The notes under the pieces: generated by a model
What the model saw: the letters and a program-made list of their open reading frames with translations, nothing else
Told to the model about the DNA's origin: nothing
Database searches by the model: none
Part shown: positions 44,881 to 55,350 of the stretch, in pieces
Numbering within the stretch: the stretch's first letter is position 1
How the letters are laid out: each line of letters begins with the position of its first letter
NCBI GenBank assembly: GCA_028285345.1
Contig: JANQPT010000018.1
Location: 79,779-143,778 of the forward strand
Source of the DNA: Planctomycetales bacterium
GTDB lineage: Bacteria; Planctomycetota; Planctomycetia; Planctomycetales; Planctomycetaceae
DNA: 64,000 nt
Reading direction: 5' to 3'
Position numbers and translations under genes: made by a program

Positions 44881-45360
44881 TTAGCGATATTGGGCGCGCT
44901 GTTGCATGGCTTCGATCACGTGCTCGCTCACGTTACCTTGGCGGAGCTGGATCAATCCGTCGGTCGTCATATCAAAGATGCCGCCGCGGCGTTTGATCTC
45001 GTTGACGATGATGCGATCGCTCATGCCGTTTTGCGCCAATTTGATCACGTCGTAGTTGTTCATCGCTTGTTGTTCAAATTTGCGTTGTGCTTCCTGGTGC
45101 TGGGCATGACGGGCGTACATGTCGCGCTCTTCGGCGTTGTCCTTTGCCTTGCCCATTGCTCCGCCCATCAGCGCGCCGGCTCCGCCGCCGATCAAGGCGC
45201 CGAGATCGCGGTTGCCCGTTTGGTGCCCGATAATCGCGCCCAGTCCAGCGCCGCCGGCACCACCGACGACGGCACCTTTTTCCGTATTGTTCATATGCTC
45301 GCAGCCCGCGGCCAGCGCCAGCAATGCGGGGAGAGTGATGATCCACTTCATCTGTGACAT
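44881..45360 (-). CDS. Glycine-zipper lipoprotein (SlyB/Pcp-like)
   Basis: Lipobox LLALAAGC. Gly-zipper GAVVGGAGGAGLGAIIGHQTGNRDLGALIGGGAGALMGGAMG. Confidence 0.6.
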   Translation of the reverse strand: MSQMKWIITLPALLALAAGCEHMNNTEKGAVVGGAGGAGLGAIIGHQTGNRDLGALIGGGAGALMGGAMGKAKDNAEERDMYARHAQHQEAQRKFEQQAMNNYDVIKLAQNGMSDRIIVNEIKRRGGIFDMTTDGLIQLRQGNVSEHVIEAMQQRAQYR

Positions 45361-45640
45361 AATCCGCTCCGTCTGTTTTGAGAGGTTTTGCGCAACGCGA
45401 TCGGGAAAACCAGACAGGTCTCCGAATATCGAGATGCTGTAGAAAGTGTGATAGAGAGAGTTGAGAGAGGCGGGGATTTTCTATATGTGGCGGATCAGGT
45501 CAAGAGGAAATAATCGACGTCACAAATCGACACATTCGCATCCGGAGCGGTGTTCTATCAATTTCTGTATACTTTGCTTAGGACCACATTTGATCCCCCC
45601 GAACATTCGCCCCTCGAAACCACGCCCGGAAAGAATCAAC

Positions 45641-47059
45641 ATGCACATTCAGATACTGCGGAATGTTCTGTGCTTTGTGGTCTGCTTAGCGGCCTTTAAC
45701 TGCTGTCAACCAGCTGTGAGCTACGCAGCGGAGACGCCTCCCAACTTCATCGTGTTCCTCGCCGACGACCAGGGCTGGGGCGATTTGGGCTGTTACGGGC
45801 ATCCGGTGCTGAAGACACCGCACATTGACAAGTTTGCCCGGCAGGGGATGCGGTTTACGCAATGTTATGCGGGCAGCGCGTTTTGTTCGCCGTCGCGGTC
45901 CGCGATTCTCACCGGACGGACGCCGTACCGTAACGGCGTATTCACCTGGCTGCCTGAGCGGGACAGAGTGCACCTGCGCAGCAGCGAAATCACGATTGCC
46001 AAACTGCTCAAGCAGCGCGGTTATGCAACGTGCCACGTCGGCAAGTGGCATCTCAACGGCTTTTTTAACTCGCCCCAACAGCCGCAACCGAATGACCACG
46101 GCTACGATCACTGGTTCGCCACCCAGAACAACGCTGCGCCGAATCACAAAAATCCGGTCAACTTCGTCCGTAACGGCCAGCCGGTCGGCAAACTGGAGGG
46201 CTTTTCCTCGATCCTGGTCGCCGAAGAAGCGATCCGCTGGCTGCGCGGTCAGCGCGATAAGTCAAAGCCGTTTTTCATGACCGTCTGGACGCACGAGCCG
46301 CACCTGCCGATCGAGTCGGACCCGAAATTCATGGCGCTGTATGAAGGGGACGACGATCTCAAGCAGCACCACGGCAACGTCAGCCAGTTGGACCACGCCT
46401 TCGGCATGTTGATGCGCGAATTGGACGAGCAGCAACTGGCGGACAACACGTTTGTGATTTATACGTCGGACAACGGACCGGAAGGGCGGCTGGACGACAA
46501 TGGTTACCCCATCGGCCGCAACAAACGGACGCGGGGCTCGACCGGCGGACTGAGGGGCCGCAAGCGTGACATGTACGAAGGGGGCATTCGCGTGCCGGGG
46601 ATCGTCCGCTGGCCCGGTCACGTCAAAGCGGGCACGGAATCTGACCAGCCGATCATCGGTTCTGACGTGTTCACCACGATCTGCGAAATCATGAAGATCC
46701 CTCTGCCTGCCGACCGCACGATCGACGGAGCCAGCATGCTGCCCGCGTTTGCGCAGAAACCGATCACCCGCGAAATCCCTCTGTATTGGCGCTGCTACAT
46801 TGCCAAAGGGCCGATCACCGCGATGCGGATCGGTGATTGGAAAATCCTCTCCGACGAAGCGTTGACCACTTTTGAGATGTACAACATCAAAGACGACCCG
46901 CGCGAGCAACACGATTTGGCGACCTCGCATCCGCAGAAATTCCGGGAAATGCGGGAACGGTTTCGCAAGTTGAACGCGGAAATCGAAGCGGAAGGCCCGG
47001 ACTGGTGGAAGGGGTATCGCCGTCCGGGTCGGCGGAAGCGTCCTACGGCCAAACCGTGA
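45641..47059 (+). CDS. Sulfatase (formylglycine-dependent arylsulfatase family)
   Basis: Signal peptide, NFIVFLADDQGWGDLGCYGHP, and FGly motif CSPSRSAILTGR (C-x-P-x-R). Start at ATG 45641 (MHIQILRNVLCFVVCLAAF). Confidence 0.85.
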   Translation: MHIQILRNVLCFVVCLAAFNCCQPAVSYAAETPPNFIVFLADDQGWGDLGCYGHPVLKTPHIDKFARQGMRFTQCYAGSAFCSPSRSAILTGRTPYRNGVFTWLPERDRVHLRSSEITIAKLLKQRGYATCHVGKWHLNGFFNSPQQPQPNDHGYDHWFATQNNAAPNHKNPVNFVRNGQPVGKLEGFSSILVAEEAIRWLRGQRDKSKPFFMTVWTHEPHLPIESDPKFMALYEGDDDLKQHHGNVSQLDHAFGMLMRELDEQQLADNTFVIYTSDNGPEGRLDDNGYPIGRNKRTRGSTGGLRGRKRDMYEGGIRVPGIVRWPGHVKAGTESDQPIIGSDVFTTICEIMKIPLPADRTIDGASMLPAFAQKPITREIPLYWRCYIAKGPITAMRIGDWKILSDEALTTFEMYNIKDDPREQHDLATSHPQKFREMRERFRKLNAEIEAEGPDWWKGYRRPGRRKRPTAKP

Positions 47060-47357
47060 TCAAACGGCACCAGACACCCTTGCAATAGACGTCAAATTGA
47101 TTTCACCAAAATCATATCGACTAATCCATGATCTCTCCCCACTGGTGGTCACTTCCACTAACACACTGGAAACAAAAGGGTTAAGAAAAACTGTATCCAA
47201 TTGTCGATTTGGCACACCGGTTGCAATTGTGTCTGTCATGTCCGGCGGAGGCGAGAAACTGTGATCCGACCGGTAAGCCAGCACAAATCGCTCTGAAATC
47301 GGTCGGGGAAGACTGATCAACGGCGATCGGGAATCTCAAACGAATTGGATACATATC

Positions 47358-48008
47358 ATGAAGCTTCTTAACATCAGCTTGACCCTCGTCGCTCTGGCCA
47401 CCCTCGGAAACATTGCCTCGGAAGCGAACGCTCAGAACCCCATTATCGGCGGCGACGAGCGGACCGACTACTACTACGATCCGTTCAACGATCACACCTA
47501 CATCAACCGCGAGCGAGTCAGCGTTCGCGAAAGTGCGTTGGACTGGGACCGGATGCACGTTGACCCCGGTTCGCGGCGATACGTCGACCGGTACTTCCGC
47601 GATCGTCAGGGCTTTTTGGTCCACGAGTATGGTTGGACCTGGACCAGCAACGGACGTCCTCACGGCAAACTGACGCGGCGTCGCGTTCGCCACTATCCGA
47701 ACCCGCGTCCCGGCTGTGGTGGCGGCGGCGGCTTTCCCGGCGGAGGAGGCGGCGGAGTCAGCATCGACGACCGGGAGACGGTGATTTACAGCCAGGGCGG
47801 CAACAGGCGTCCGGGTCGGGGCAACAATCCCCGCCGGGGTGGCGGTGTCACCGTCGACGACAAGCAAACGATCATTTTCGATGCGGGCAACAACCGCAAT
47901 CGCAATAATCGTCGCAACATCAAGCCGAACAACCGTCGTCGCAATAACGCCGGTAGCAACAAGAAGTCCCGCGGCCGAAAGCCGGTTTTCTTCGGCGTCT
48001 CACGGTAA
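47358..48008 (+). CDS. Secreted protein with Gly/Arg/Asn-rich low-complexity C-terminus
   Basis: Signal peptide MKLLNISLTLVALATLGNIASEANA. C-terminal GCGGGGGFPGGGGGGV...NRNRNNRRNIKPNNRRRNNAGSNKKSRGRK. Confidence 0.5.
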   Translation: MKLLNISLTLVALATLGNIASEANAQNPIIGGDERTDYYYDPFNDHTYINRERVSVRESALDWDRMHVDPGSRRYVDRYFRDRQGFLVHEYGWTWTSNGRPHGKLTRRRVRHYPNPRPGCGGGGGFPGGGGGGVSIDDRETVIYSQGGNRRPGRGNNPRRGGGVTVDDKQTIIFDAGNNRNRNNRRNIKPNNRRRNNAGSNKKSRGRKPVFFGVSR

Positions 48009-48394
48009 TGTGAATCACTGAAATCTCTTATCTCAAAAACGGCGGCCGTCGGAAGCAATCTTCCGGCGGCCGTGCTCTTTTCTTTGCTGAGAACACGCCC
48101 GAAACGCACGCACAGCTTCGATTTCGAGGAAACGATCGCCCGCAACGCATTTCTCTCAAAATTCGCCTTGCCGGTCTCAGTCGTATCCCGTACGATCCCC
48201 GCCCGTCGGTTCGACGGCGATCCAAACTCCTGACGACGTTCACCGCTGCCTTCTTCCTGGATTGGCCGAATGCCGATCGCTTTTGAGGAGTATTCCTCAT
48301 CGACAATCTGCCGAGTCTGCATCCAGGCAGCCATTACGCCAAGGACCTAAAATCGGTCCTGCCGCGCGAAGTCTTTCGCCGCAACCCCAGCCAA

Positions 48395-49459
48395 TTGGTG
48401 TGGCTACCGGTGCATCTGTCGATCATTGCGGCGGCAATTGCCACGCTGCTAACGGCTGGGATTTCTTGGCCGGTTCGGCTGCTATTGGCGGTCGCGATCG
48501 GACACAGTTACGGCTGTCTGATGTACCTGGCCCACGAGATTCTGCACGGCTCGGTCGTCAAAAACGGGGCGCTGCAGAATTGGCTCGGCGGGCTGTGTAT
48601 GCTGCCCTACTGCATCGGCCCGGAGCATTGGAAGGCGTGGCACAACCGTTCGCATCATTGCCACACATCGCAAAGCGGCCGCGACCCCGATTCGTTCGGC
48701 AACGTACATATGATCATGAAGGTCCCCCTGGCCAAGTTCACGGCCAAGCTGGCGCCTGGGTCGGGCTACCGGCGGAGCTGGCTCTTCATGGGGTTTTGGT
48801 TTTCCTTCCACGCGATGGTGACGCTGTTCGTGCACAGCAAATACTACCAGTACTGGAATCCGGCCCGCAGGCGGCGGCAGATCGCGCTCTTTTTTGCGAA
48901 GGTCACGTTTTGGGGGGCAATCGCGGCCTTGGTCGGACCGACGCAGTTCTTGTTCATCTATCTTCTGCCGATGATCGTGGCGAACTGCGTGCAGATGTCG
49001 TACATCAGCACGAACCACCTGTTTTGCGACGCGACCGAAGAGGAAAACGATCCGCTGGTCAACTCGCTGACGGTTTCAACGCCCCGGTGGATGAGTTGGC
49101 TGCACCTGAATTTCGGCTACCACGTCGAGCATCACATCTTTCCCTACCTGAGTTCCAAACACGCGCCAAAGATTCAGGCCGCGCTCAAAGAGCATTATGG
49201 GACCCGGTATCATGAGATGCCTCTCGGCCAAGCGCTCCGCGTGCTGTACCAGACGCCGCCGGTGCATTTGAGCCGGCAGGAGTTGGTGGATTTGCGCAAC
49301 GGGGCCGTTTTCAGCACACTGGGGCCCAACGGCGAACTGCCGGAGCGAATCGGCGAAGTTCCCGTTCCGGTACGTCCGCGCAAGCGCAACAAGCCCGACA
49401 GCACTATCATCCCAATCAATCCGGAGGTCGGCGAGCCGCAGCAGCGCCGCGCCGCATAA
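48395..49459 (+). CDS. Membrane fatty-acid desaturase (three His-box family)
   Basis: His boxes HEILHGS (HxxxH), HNRSHHCH (HxxxHH), HVEHHIFP (HxxHH), plus multiple TM helices. The overlapping ORF 48262..49215 is rejected. Confidence 0.75.
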   Translation: MVWLPVHLSIIAAAIATLLTAGISWPVRLLLAVAIGHSYGCLMYLAHEILHGSVVKNGALQNWLGGLCMLPYCIGPEHWKAWHNRSHHCHTSQSGRDPDSFGNVHMIMKVPLAKFTAKLAPGSGYRRSWLFMGFWFSFHAMVTLFVHSKYYQYWNPARRRRQIALFFAKVTFWGAIAALVGPTQFLFIYLLPMIVANCVQMSYISTNHLFCDATEEENDPLVNSLTVSTPRWMSWLHLNFGYHVEHHIFPYLSSKHAPKIQAALKEHYGTRYHEMPLGQALRVLYQTPPVHLSRQELVDLRNGAVFSTLGPNGELPERIGEVPVPVRPRKRNKPDSTIIPINPEVGEPQQRRAA

Positions 49460-49473
49460 CCGCTCCAGCGCGA

Positions 49474-49773
49474 TCACCAGCCGTAGTAGTAATAATACTG
49501 CGGCCGCATTACGACGACAGGTGCGGGCTGATAGACCGTTACCGGATAGACCACCGGCGGCGCCGAGTAGACGAAGGGGGGCGAGTACCGGTAAGTCACG
49601 ATCGGCGCCGGCGCAACGACCATCGGGGCGGGATAGTAATAAAGCGGCGGCAACACGTAGCTCGACGGCGGAGCGGAGTAATAAATCACATCGCCCGCTG
49701 AAGCCGTCTTTGTTCCGCACGTCGAACCGGTCGCGATCACCAGGGCGGCGACAATTGCTAATCCTCGACGCAT
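49474..49773 (-). CDS. Small Tyr/Pro-rich lipoprotein (99 aa)
   Basis: MRRGLAIVAALVIATGSTCG lipobox, then YYSAPPSSYVLPPLYYYPAPMVV...PQYYYYYGW. Strong SD-like ggaggggaag upstream of ATG 49773. The ORF-track 5' extension is rejected. Confidence 0.55.
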   Translation of the reverse strand: MRRGLAIVAALVIATGSTCGTKTASAGDVIYYSAPPSSYVLPPLYYYPAPMVVAPAPIVTYRYSPPFVYSAPPVVYPVTVYQPAPVVVMRPQYYYYYGW

Positions 49774-49941
49774 CTTCCCCTCCAGATTGTAAAAGCGGTC
49801 ACTGAATGTCTCTGCTGATCGCAATCCCTGCTTTGTTTCATTCACACTGTACCGATCGGGGAGAGGGAATTTCCAGTCCAAATGCCCCGGAGAGTTGGAT
49901 TGGGGGTGCACGACGCACTTTGCGCGGCGGGAACCATTTCT

Positions 49942-50085
49942 GTAGGGTCCGCTGTGCGGACCATTGAGTTGATGGGAAAACGCCCCAATTGACAGCTTGC
50001 TTGCCGAACAAAAACAAATCACAAGAATGTGAATTTTTCATTCGAGATGCGAATCTTCCGTCCTGGTCCGCACAGCGGACCCTAC
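49942..50085. repeat. REP-like inverted pair (GTAGGGTCCGCTGTGCGGACC ... GGTCCGCACAGCGGACCCTAC)
   Basis: Two 21-nt units in inverted orientation separated by ~100 bp, each a hairpin (ggtccgc/gcggacc) plus a CTAC tail. Same family as 16891..17005 and 59788..59808. Confidence 0.7.
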
Positions 50086-50136
50086 GCCAAATGAAATGTC
50101 AAACCGCCTCGTGCACCCGTCGGATTCAACGACGTC

Positions 50137-51228
50137 TCAGCGGCGAAACTTGTCGGACCAATACCGCGTCCGCGTCAGGTAATAGTCGGCCGGCCGGTCG
50201 CCGTAGTCTTCGTAGCGGTAGCCGGGAATGGTCTTCGAGACCGCCGGCTCGATCTGCGTCCCCTCGTGCCACTCGTTGAACGAGGTCACTCCAATGGCTG
50301 CCGGTTTGACGTCAATCGCCGCCCGAAACATGCGGTCGTAGTAGGCGCCGTTTTCGCGGCCGCGCAAGTTCTTGCGGTTCCACGGGCGAATGCGTAAGTC
50401 GTTGTAGCCCGGCGCGACGCAGGGTATGAACAGCCGCTGATGTTCCTCCGCCCATCGGGCCAATTTGTGCCAATTTTCGGTCGTCGAACCGTAAGTAAAG
50501 CCGTCACTGGCGAAGTACGTGTAAAAGCCGTCAAAGTGCGCAGCCAGCATTCGCCGGCCGTCGTTGTCTTTGACCCACAGACCGATCATGACGCAGTCGT
50601 ACTTTGTCCCGCGAATCGTCTCTGCGCCGCCGGGCGCGAGAATTGTCGCCCAGTCGGCGTCGGGCACCAAATAGGAATCGTAGATATAAAACATCGGCCG
50701 GCGTTTTTCCGGAGAACGATACAGGCCGGGGTGATCGCCGAATTTGTCGATCAATCGGACGATGGCCGCCCGGGTCGTTTTTGCGTTTCGCCCGGCAAAC
50801 GGTTCCAGATGAAAATTAACCGTCAGCCCTGCGCGAGCAGCCTCGTCGAACAGCAACTGCAGGTTCTTGTCCGTGTCCGATCTCGGGCCCCACCAGGAGG
50901 TGCAGACGACTTCGATGCCCGCGTCGCGCATTTGCTGCATGTGCAGTCGGACGACTTCGCGGTCATTGGTGCTGTAGCAGCCGAGCTGAGGATAGAAGTT
51001 GGCCCCGATGTCGTCTCCACCCGGGAAAGATCGGGGCGGGCCGTTGCGGACGCTGACCGCGTGGTTCCAATGTTGATAGCCGCCATCAACCTTGGGGTTG
51101 CGGTACCAGGGATAATAAAACGCATGGACACTGCGGGGAGTTTGCGGGGGCGATTTCTCAGCGGCCCTTGCACAGAGAGGGAAGAGTCCGAGCGAACCGA
51201 CCGCAAGTATCATCAATACGCGCGACAT
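50137..51228 (-). CDS. Glycoside hydrolase family 99-like protein (endo-alpha-mannosidase-like)
   Basis: Signal peptide. AFYYPWY...YQHWNH N-terminal motif and SFNEWHEGTQIEP, which I recall as conserved in GH99. 363 aa. Confidence 0.45.
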   Translation of the reverse strand: MSRVLMILAVGSLGLFPLCARAAEKSPPQTPRSVHAFYYPWYRNPKVDGGYQHWNHAVSVRNGPPRSFPGGDDIGANFYPQLGCYSTNDREVVRLHMQQMRDAGIEVVCTSWWGPRSDTDKNLQLLFDEAARAGLTVNFHLEPFAGRNAKTTRAAIVRLIDKFGDHPGLYRSPEKRRPMFYIYDSYLVPDADWATILAPGGAETIRGTKYDCVMIGLWVKDNDGRRMLAAHFDGFYTYFASDGFTYGSTTENWHKLARWAEEHQRLFIPCVAPGYNDLRIRPWNRKNLRGRENGAYYDRMFRAAIDVKPAAIGVTSFNEWHEGTQIEPAVSKTIPGYRYEDYGDRPADYYLTRTRYWSDKFRR

Positions 51229-51249
51229 CGCGGCCTCATTTCCAAACGG

Positions 51250-54200
51250 CTATTTGGGGGGATGTTCGACGGAAATTGGCTTGCCGTCACGATCGGTCAA
51301 CCGGACTCCGAAGGCCCAGCGTGCGCCGAGCTGCGTGACCTTGATGAGCACCCGATTCACGCCCTTGCGGGCCTTGACCGGAAGGGCATTTTGATCGGGC
51401 GCGTAACCCCGCCCCCCGTCGGTGTCGAAACGCCCCGCCTCTTGGCCGTTGAACCAGCATTTGAAACCGTCGTTACTGCCGACTTGCAGCACCAGTTCAC
51501 GATCTTGGGGAAGATTGAACTCGGCGTACGCGTAAGCCGCGACACCCGCCATCGGACCGTAAAGGGTCGCCAGGTCCACCATGCCGTTTTCGTCGTCGGT
51601 GACAAAGTTTCGCCATTCAAGCGCCCGGCCGGCCACAGTCTGCTTGTGGTGGACATCGACATTCGGCTCGCCCACCATCACCGCATCGATGGGGTGTTTC
51701 TCGTTCCACGGCACGGGGGCGATTAAGCTCCAGCGGCTAAGTCCACCGTTGCGGTTAGTTTGCTCGTCGATGGGAGCGCCAAGCTGCTCCAGATTTTGCA
51801 GCACGAGATCGTAGACCTCGTCGCTCTGAGTGCTCTTCAGAGTCCGCTTCAGAGCCGCCACAAGCTGCGGCTTATCGGCGGGATTTTGTCGGGCCTGTGC
51901 TACGAGTGTCGAAACATGTTCGAGGACTACCTTCTGATCGCCGTAGCAAACAATGCCGCCGTCTGTCAGGCTCACCAGAATCCGCCCGTCTCGGTCGACG
52001 GCCAGCCCGCCGGGGCGCGCGTCGCCGGGCAAAGTCCGTTCCCATAACATGTGGCCGTTGTTGACGTCCAGGGCGCAAATAATCCAGCGCGAATGACGGC
52101 TGCGCGCTTTGGGCATCTCGCAGATGGCCAGCACCGCATTGGGTGTCAACGTGAGGGCGATCGTATCGCTGCCGGCCAGCGATTCGGCCACCCAGCGCGG
52201 CTTCGGCTTTTTGCCTCCCTGCAGGTACTTCTCAATCGCGTCCGCGTCGTAACACGCGGGAACGGCCAACCGGCCGTCGACCATCGCCATAGCGTCGTCG
52301 TTCCAGGTCGGCGGAATTTTTCCTTGATGCAATCTCTGGGCGTTGCCGACGCCCCGCTGCGGCTGGATCGCGAAGCCGGCGAACTGTCCCGGATTAACCA
52401 CGTTTTCAATCGGCGAAAATCGCAGCCGACCGCCGAGGATCAAATGCTTGTCTCTGAAGATGCCGATCTCTTCGCCGCGATTGCCTTGAGGAGAACCGTC
52501 GCCGGGAGAATTGCCCAGATATTCGCCAGTCTTCAGGTGATACGCCGCCGGTGAGACCACGTTTCCGCCCGGCATCCACAAGCGCCCTTCGGCAATCGTC
52601 AAATCACCGTGGGCGGAAACCCCTTTGCGCAAGTCGGGATCGAGATGCCCGGAGGAATGGTTCTGCCAAATGATCTCGCCCGTCTTGGCGTCCAGCGCGA
52701 AGACGTAAGTGCCGTCGTAATCGATCATCCCCGCCGCCGCGTAGGCGATGCCGTCCTGCACCAGCACTCCGGTGTGCACCGGCCAGATGGAAGAAAGGTT
52801 GCCGTAGATCGGAACCCGCCGCTGGGCCGGAGCGGCGCGGAAACGCCACAGCAAATCTCCGCTGGCCGCGTCGAGTGCGTAGACGTAGCCGTCGCCCGAA
52901 CCGAAGTAGGCGCGGCCGTCGGCAATTGTGGGGGGCTGCATGATCGGACCGCCGGTGAGGAAGGCCCATTTCAGGTTGCCGCTGACTGCGTCGATCGCGC
53001 GAATCTTGCCATCGTCGCCCGCTTGATAGATCAACCCGCCCGCCGCCGTGACAGGCGTCGGCCGATAACCGGGCGTCGCCGGCTGAAAGTCCCAAATCTT
53101 GCCCACACCGGCCGGCGTGCCGACCTCGGTTGCCGAACCGCGTGAATTGCCGCCGCGATAGCCGGCCCAGTCTGCCGGCTGCACGGAAACGGCGGTATCG
53201 GGATTCAACGTCTGTCCGGTCTTTTCCAGCCGCTGCTCGTTGGTCGCGGTTTGCTCAAATTTGAAATCGCCCGCCGAGGCGAGCGCGATGCGGCCGAGGA
53301 CCATCAAATTGCAATCGCAGGGCCACGGACCAGTGTAGAGCAAGCCGTTGGCGGCGACGACGCCGTCGTTACAACCGGGGCGGAATGCGCCGTTGAACAT
53401 GACTTTCTTTCGCTCGCGGTCATAGCGAGTCAACCCGTCGGGCCAGCCGCGGCAAAACAGCGAATCGGAGGTGCCTGTCAGCCGCGCGCAGGAGCGTTTG
53501 GTGAATCCCAATTCGCCCCGCACGTCGCCGGTGGCGGGGTCGATCATCTGTGTCGTCCCATTCTTGCCGACTCCCAATATGACACTGTCGTCCAAGAACA
53601 AGGCGTTGGGATTGTTCGTCGTTTTTCTTTTATTCCAGAGCGGATAACCATCCGACGTCGAGATGGCGACCACATTCATCCGCGTCTGTCCTTGAAAGAT
53701 CAGCGCGTCGGGAGTGTGGACGCACATCGTCATCGAGCGGAACCCGGGCGTTGACGACAACCCGCGTCCTTCCTGCGCAATCATTTTGCGGACTTCGGGG
53801 TCTTTGTTCTCCCAGATCTCCCGGCCGGTCTTGGCATCGAGGCCGACGATCCGTGAGTCGGGTGCGTAGAGAAAGATCTTTTCGCCCCCCATCACCATGC
53901 CGCGTGAGTCGATCGGCGTCTTTTCCTTGTGGATCCAGCGGCGTTTTTTGGCGTCGAGGTCGTAGGCAACGAGCGTCTTACCGAATCCCCACGGGACACG
54001 TTTTTTGTAGTAGCCCTTGCTCAGTTCACCCCAACTCCAGTGGGTGCGCTGGCTGCGGACAATCATTGTTTCGGTTTCGCCCCCTTTGTCGCCCACCAGC
54101 GCGTATAGCATGCCATCCTGCAGCGCCATCCATTTCCATTGGCCCCGCGCGCCGGCGACATCGATGCGGCCGATTTCGTCGCCGGTCTCCGGATTGAGCA

Positions 54201-55140
54201 TTAACACCCCGCTGCCGTCGGTGTCGATCATGTAGAATACGTCGTCGGTGGCAATGAATGCGGAGCGGTGCACGAGATATCCGGCGGGCAATTTACGCGT
54301 CCAGAGAATCGTGCCGTTGTAGCCGTTGCGGGCGATCAGCGTATTCAGCCATTCCTCTTCGCGTTTGTGATGGGCAATGTGGCCGATGGCATTAAACATC
54401 CGCCCGCCCGCCGCGGTGGTGATCGCGGGCATCGAAATGTAATACGGCAATCCGAGCCATTTGGTCATGTACGGCGCTTTGATGACATTGTCTTTGGAGA
54501 CCGGGTTGTTGTCCGGGCTGTGTTCCCAGTGCGTCCAGTCGTCGACCCCTTCTTGCGGCGGTTTGGTGAGGATCGCCCAGGTGCCGAATTCGTCGGAAAC
54601 GACTTTTGCGTCGGCGACGTCGGCTTTTTTGATCCAGCTTTTCAACTGATCGGCGCTCAGATCGCCGCCGCCGGCTTTCGCTTGGCCGAGAATCGCCTTG
54701 CCCAGCGGCCGCAATGCCCGCAGCACTTCCGCCGGTTTTAGTTGCTGCAACTTGTCCGGCGTCAGGTCCGTTGCCAGCAGCAGGTCGATGGTGTTTTCCG
54801 CATACGGCAATTGCTCCGCGCTGCCGGATTCGAGCACGCAGCGGGAACCGTACAATCCAGCCGCGTCAACGGCTTTGCGGGCGGATGCGACTTTGGCCGC
54901 GTCGGCGTTCCAACCGTGCACGAACAGCTCGGACGCTTCCGTGAGATTTTGCAACAGGTCGTCGTCCCGCCAGCCAATGACGGTGCAAAGTCCGCGGTCA
55001 ATCCCGGCCGTTTCAACAAGATGCACGGCCAAATCGCTGGAATATTGTTGCGCGCGGAGCGTGCGACTGGCCGGCGTCGTGACGAGAATCAACGCGAGCG
55101 CGCAGATCAACAACGATCCGTTGCGGAATGGACGTGCCAT
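51250..55140 (-). CDS. Giant PQQ-repeat beta-propeller protein with N-terminal methyltransferase-like domain
   Basis: Signal peptide MARPFRNGSLLICALALILVTTPA. N-terminal LCTVIGWRDDDLL...VHGWNADAAKVASARKAV (class-I MTase-like). Multiple PQQ-type repeats (GLIYQAGDDGKIRAIDAVSGNLKW, RAYFGSGDGYVYALDAASGDLLW, IAYAAAGMIDYDGTYVFALDAKTGEIIW). Start at ATG 55140. The ORF-track extension to 55296 is rejected. Confidence 0.7.
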   Translation of the reverse strand: MARPFRNGSLLICALALILVTTPASRTLRAQQYSSDLAVHLVETAGIDRGLCTVIGWRDDDLLQNLTEASELFVHGWNADAAKVASARKAVDAAGLYGSRCVLESGSAEQLPYAENTIDLLLATDLTPDKLQQLKPAEVLRALRPLGKAILGQAKAGGGDLSADQLKSWIKKADVADAKVVSDEFGTWAILTKPPQEGVDDWTHWEHSPDNNPVSKDNVIKAPYMTKWLGLPYYISMPAITTAAGGRMFNAIGHIAHHKREEEWLNTLIARNGYNGTILWTRKLPAGYLVHRSAFIATDDVFYMIDTDGSGVLMLNPETGDEIGRIDVAGARGQWKWMALQDGMLYALVGDKGGETETMIVRSQRTHWSWGELSKGYYKKRVPWGFGKTLVAYDLDAKKRRWIHKEKTPIDSRGMVMGGEKIFLYAPDSRIVGLDAKTGREIWENKDPEVRKMIAQEGRGLSSTPGFRSMTMCVHTPDALIFQGQTRMNVVAISTSDGYPLWNKRKTTNNPNALFLDDSVILGVGKNGTTQMIDPATGDVRGELGFTKRSCARLTGTSDSLFCRGWPDGLTRYDRERKKVMFNGAFRPGCNDGVVAANGLLYTGPWPCDCNLMVLGRIALASAGDFKFEQTATNEQRLEKTGQTLNPDTAVSVQPADWAGYRGGNSRGSATEVGTPAGVGKIWDFQPATPGYRPTPVTAAGGLIYQAGDDGKIRAIDAVSGNLKWAFLTGGPIMQPPTIADGRAYFGSGDGYVYALDAASGDLLWRFRAAPAQRRVPIYGNLSSIWPVHTGVLVQDGIAYAAAGMIDYDGTYVFALDAKTGEIIWQNHSSGHLDPDLRKGVSAHGDLTIAEGRLWMPGGNVVSPAAYHLKTGEYLGNSPGDGSPQGNRGEEIGIFRDKHLILGGRLRFSPIENVVNPGQFAGFAIQPQRGVGNAQRLHQGKIPPTWNDDAMAMVDGRLAVPACYDADAIEKYLQGGKKPKPRWVAESLAGSDTIALTLTPNAVLAICEMPKARSRHSRWIICALDVNNGHMLWERTLPGDARPGGLAVDRDGRILVSLTDGGIVCYGDQKVVLEHVSTLVAQARQNPADKPQLVAALKRTLKSTQSDEVYDLVLQNLEQLGAPIDEQTNRNGGLSRWSLIAPVPWNEKHPIDAVMVGEPNVDVHHKQTVAGRALEWRNFVTDDENGMVDLATLYGPMAGVAAYAYAEFNLPQDRELVLQVGSNDGFKCWFNGQEAGRFDTDGGRGYAPDQNALPVKARKGVNRVLIKVTQLGARWAFGVRLTDRDGKPISVEHPPK

Positions 55141-55277
55141 GGGGGGACCTCCTCTTGTCGCGGAAACGAGAGACCGTGGGGTGCAAGCGCGTGCCAACCC
55201 GTTCAGCCTAATCCGGAGCGAACGGCCCGTCAACGTGCGGGCGGAAAGCTCGTTCGCAAATGCCGGTTTTGGTGAAC

Positions 55278-55336
55278 CACGGAGACACGGAGGCACGGAG
55301 TTTCTTACCTCGTTCCCAAACTCCTGTTTGGGAACG
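55278..55336. repeat. (CACGGAG)n motif plus palindromic hairpin
   Basis: cacggagacacggaggcacggag (55278-55300) followed by the perfect hairpin cgttcccaaac-tcct-gtttgggaacg (55311-55336). Related to the termini of the elements at 27909 and 33095. Confidence 0.55.
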
Positions 55337-55350
55337 CAATTCCCCGAAGC

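Noticed and set aside
47060-47357. Possible structured leader/riboswitch upstream of 47358 gene
   Set aside because: No recognisable riboswitch consensus. Only moderate self-complementarity.
48262-49215. 317-aa plus-strand ORF
   Set aside because: Overlaps the desaturase in another frame. The desaturase frame carries the three His boxes. The competing ORF is Arg/Ala-rich junk.
50440-51726. 428-aa plus-strand ORF
   Set aside because: Antisense to the GH99-like gene and to the 3' end of the PQQ giant. No motifs.
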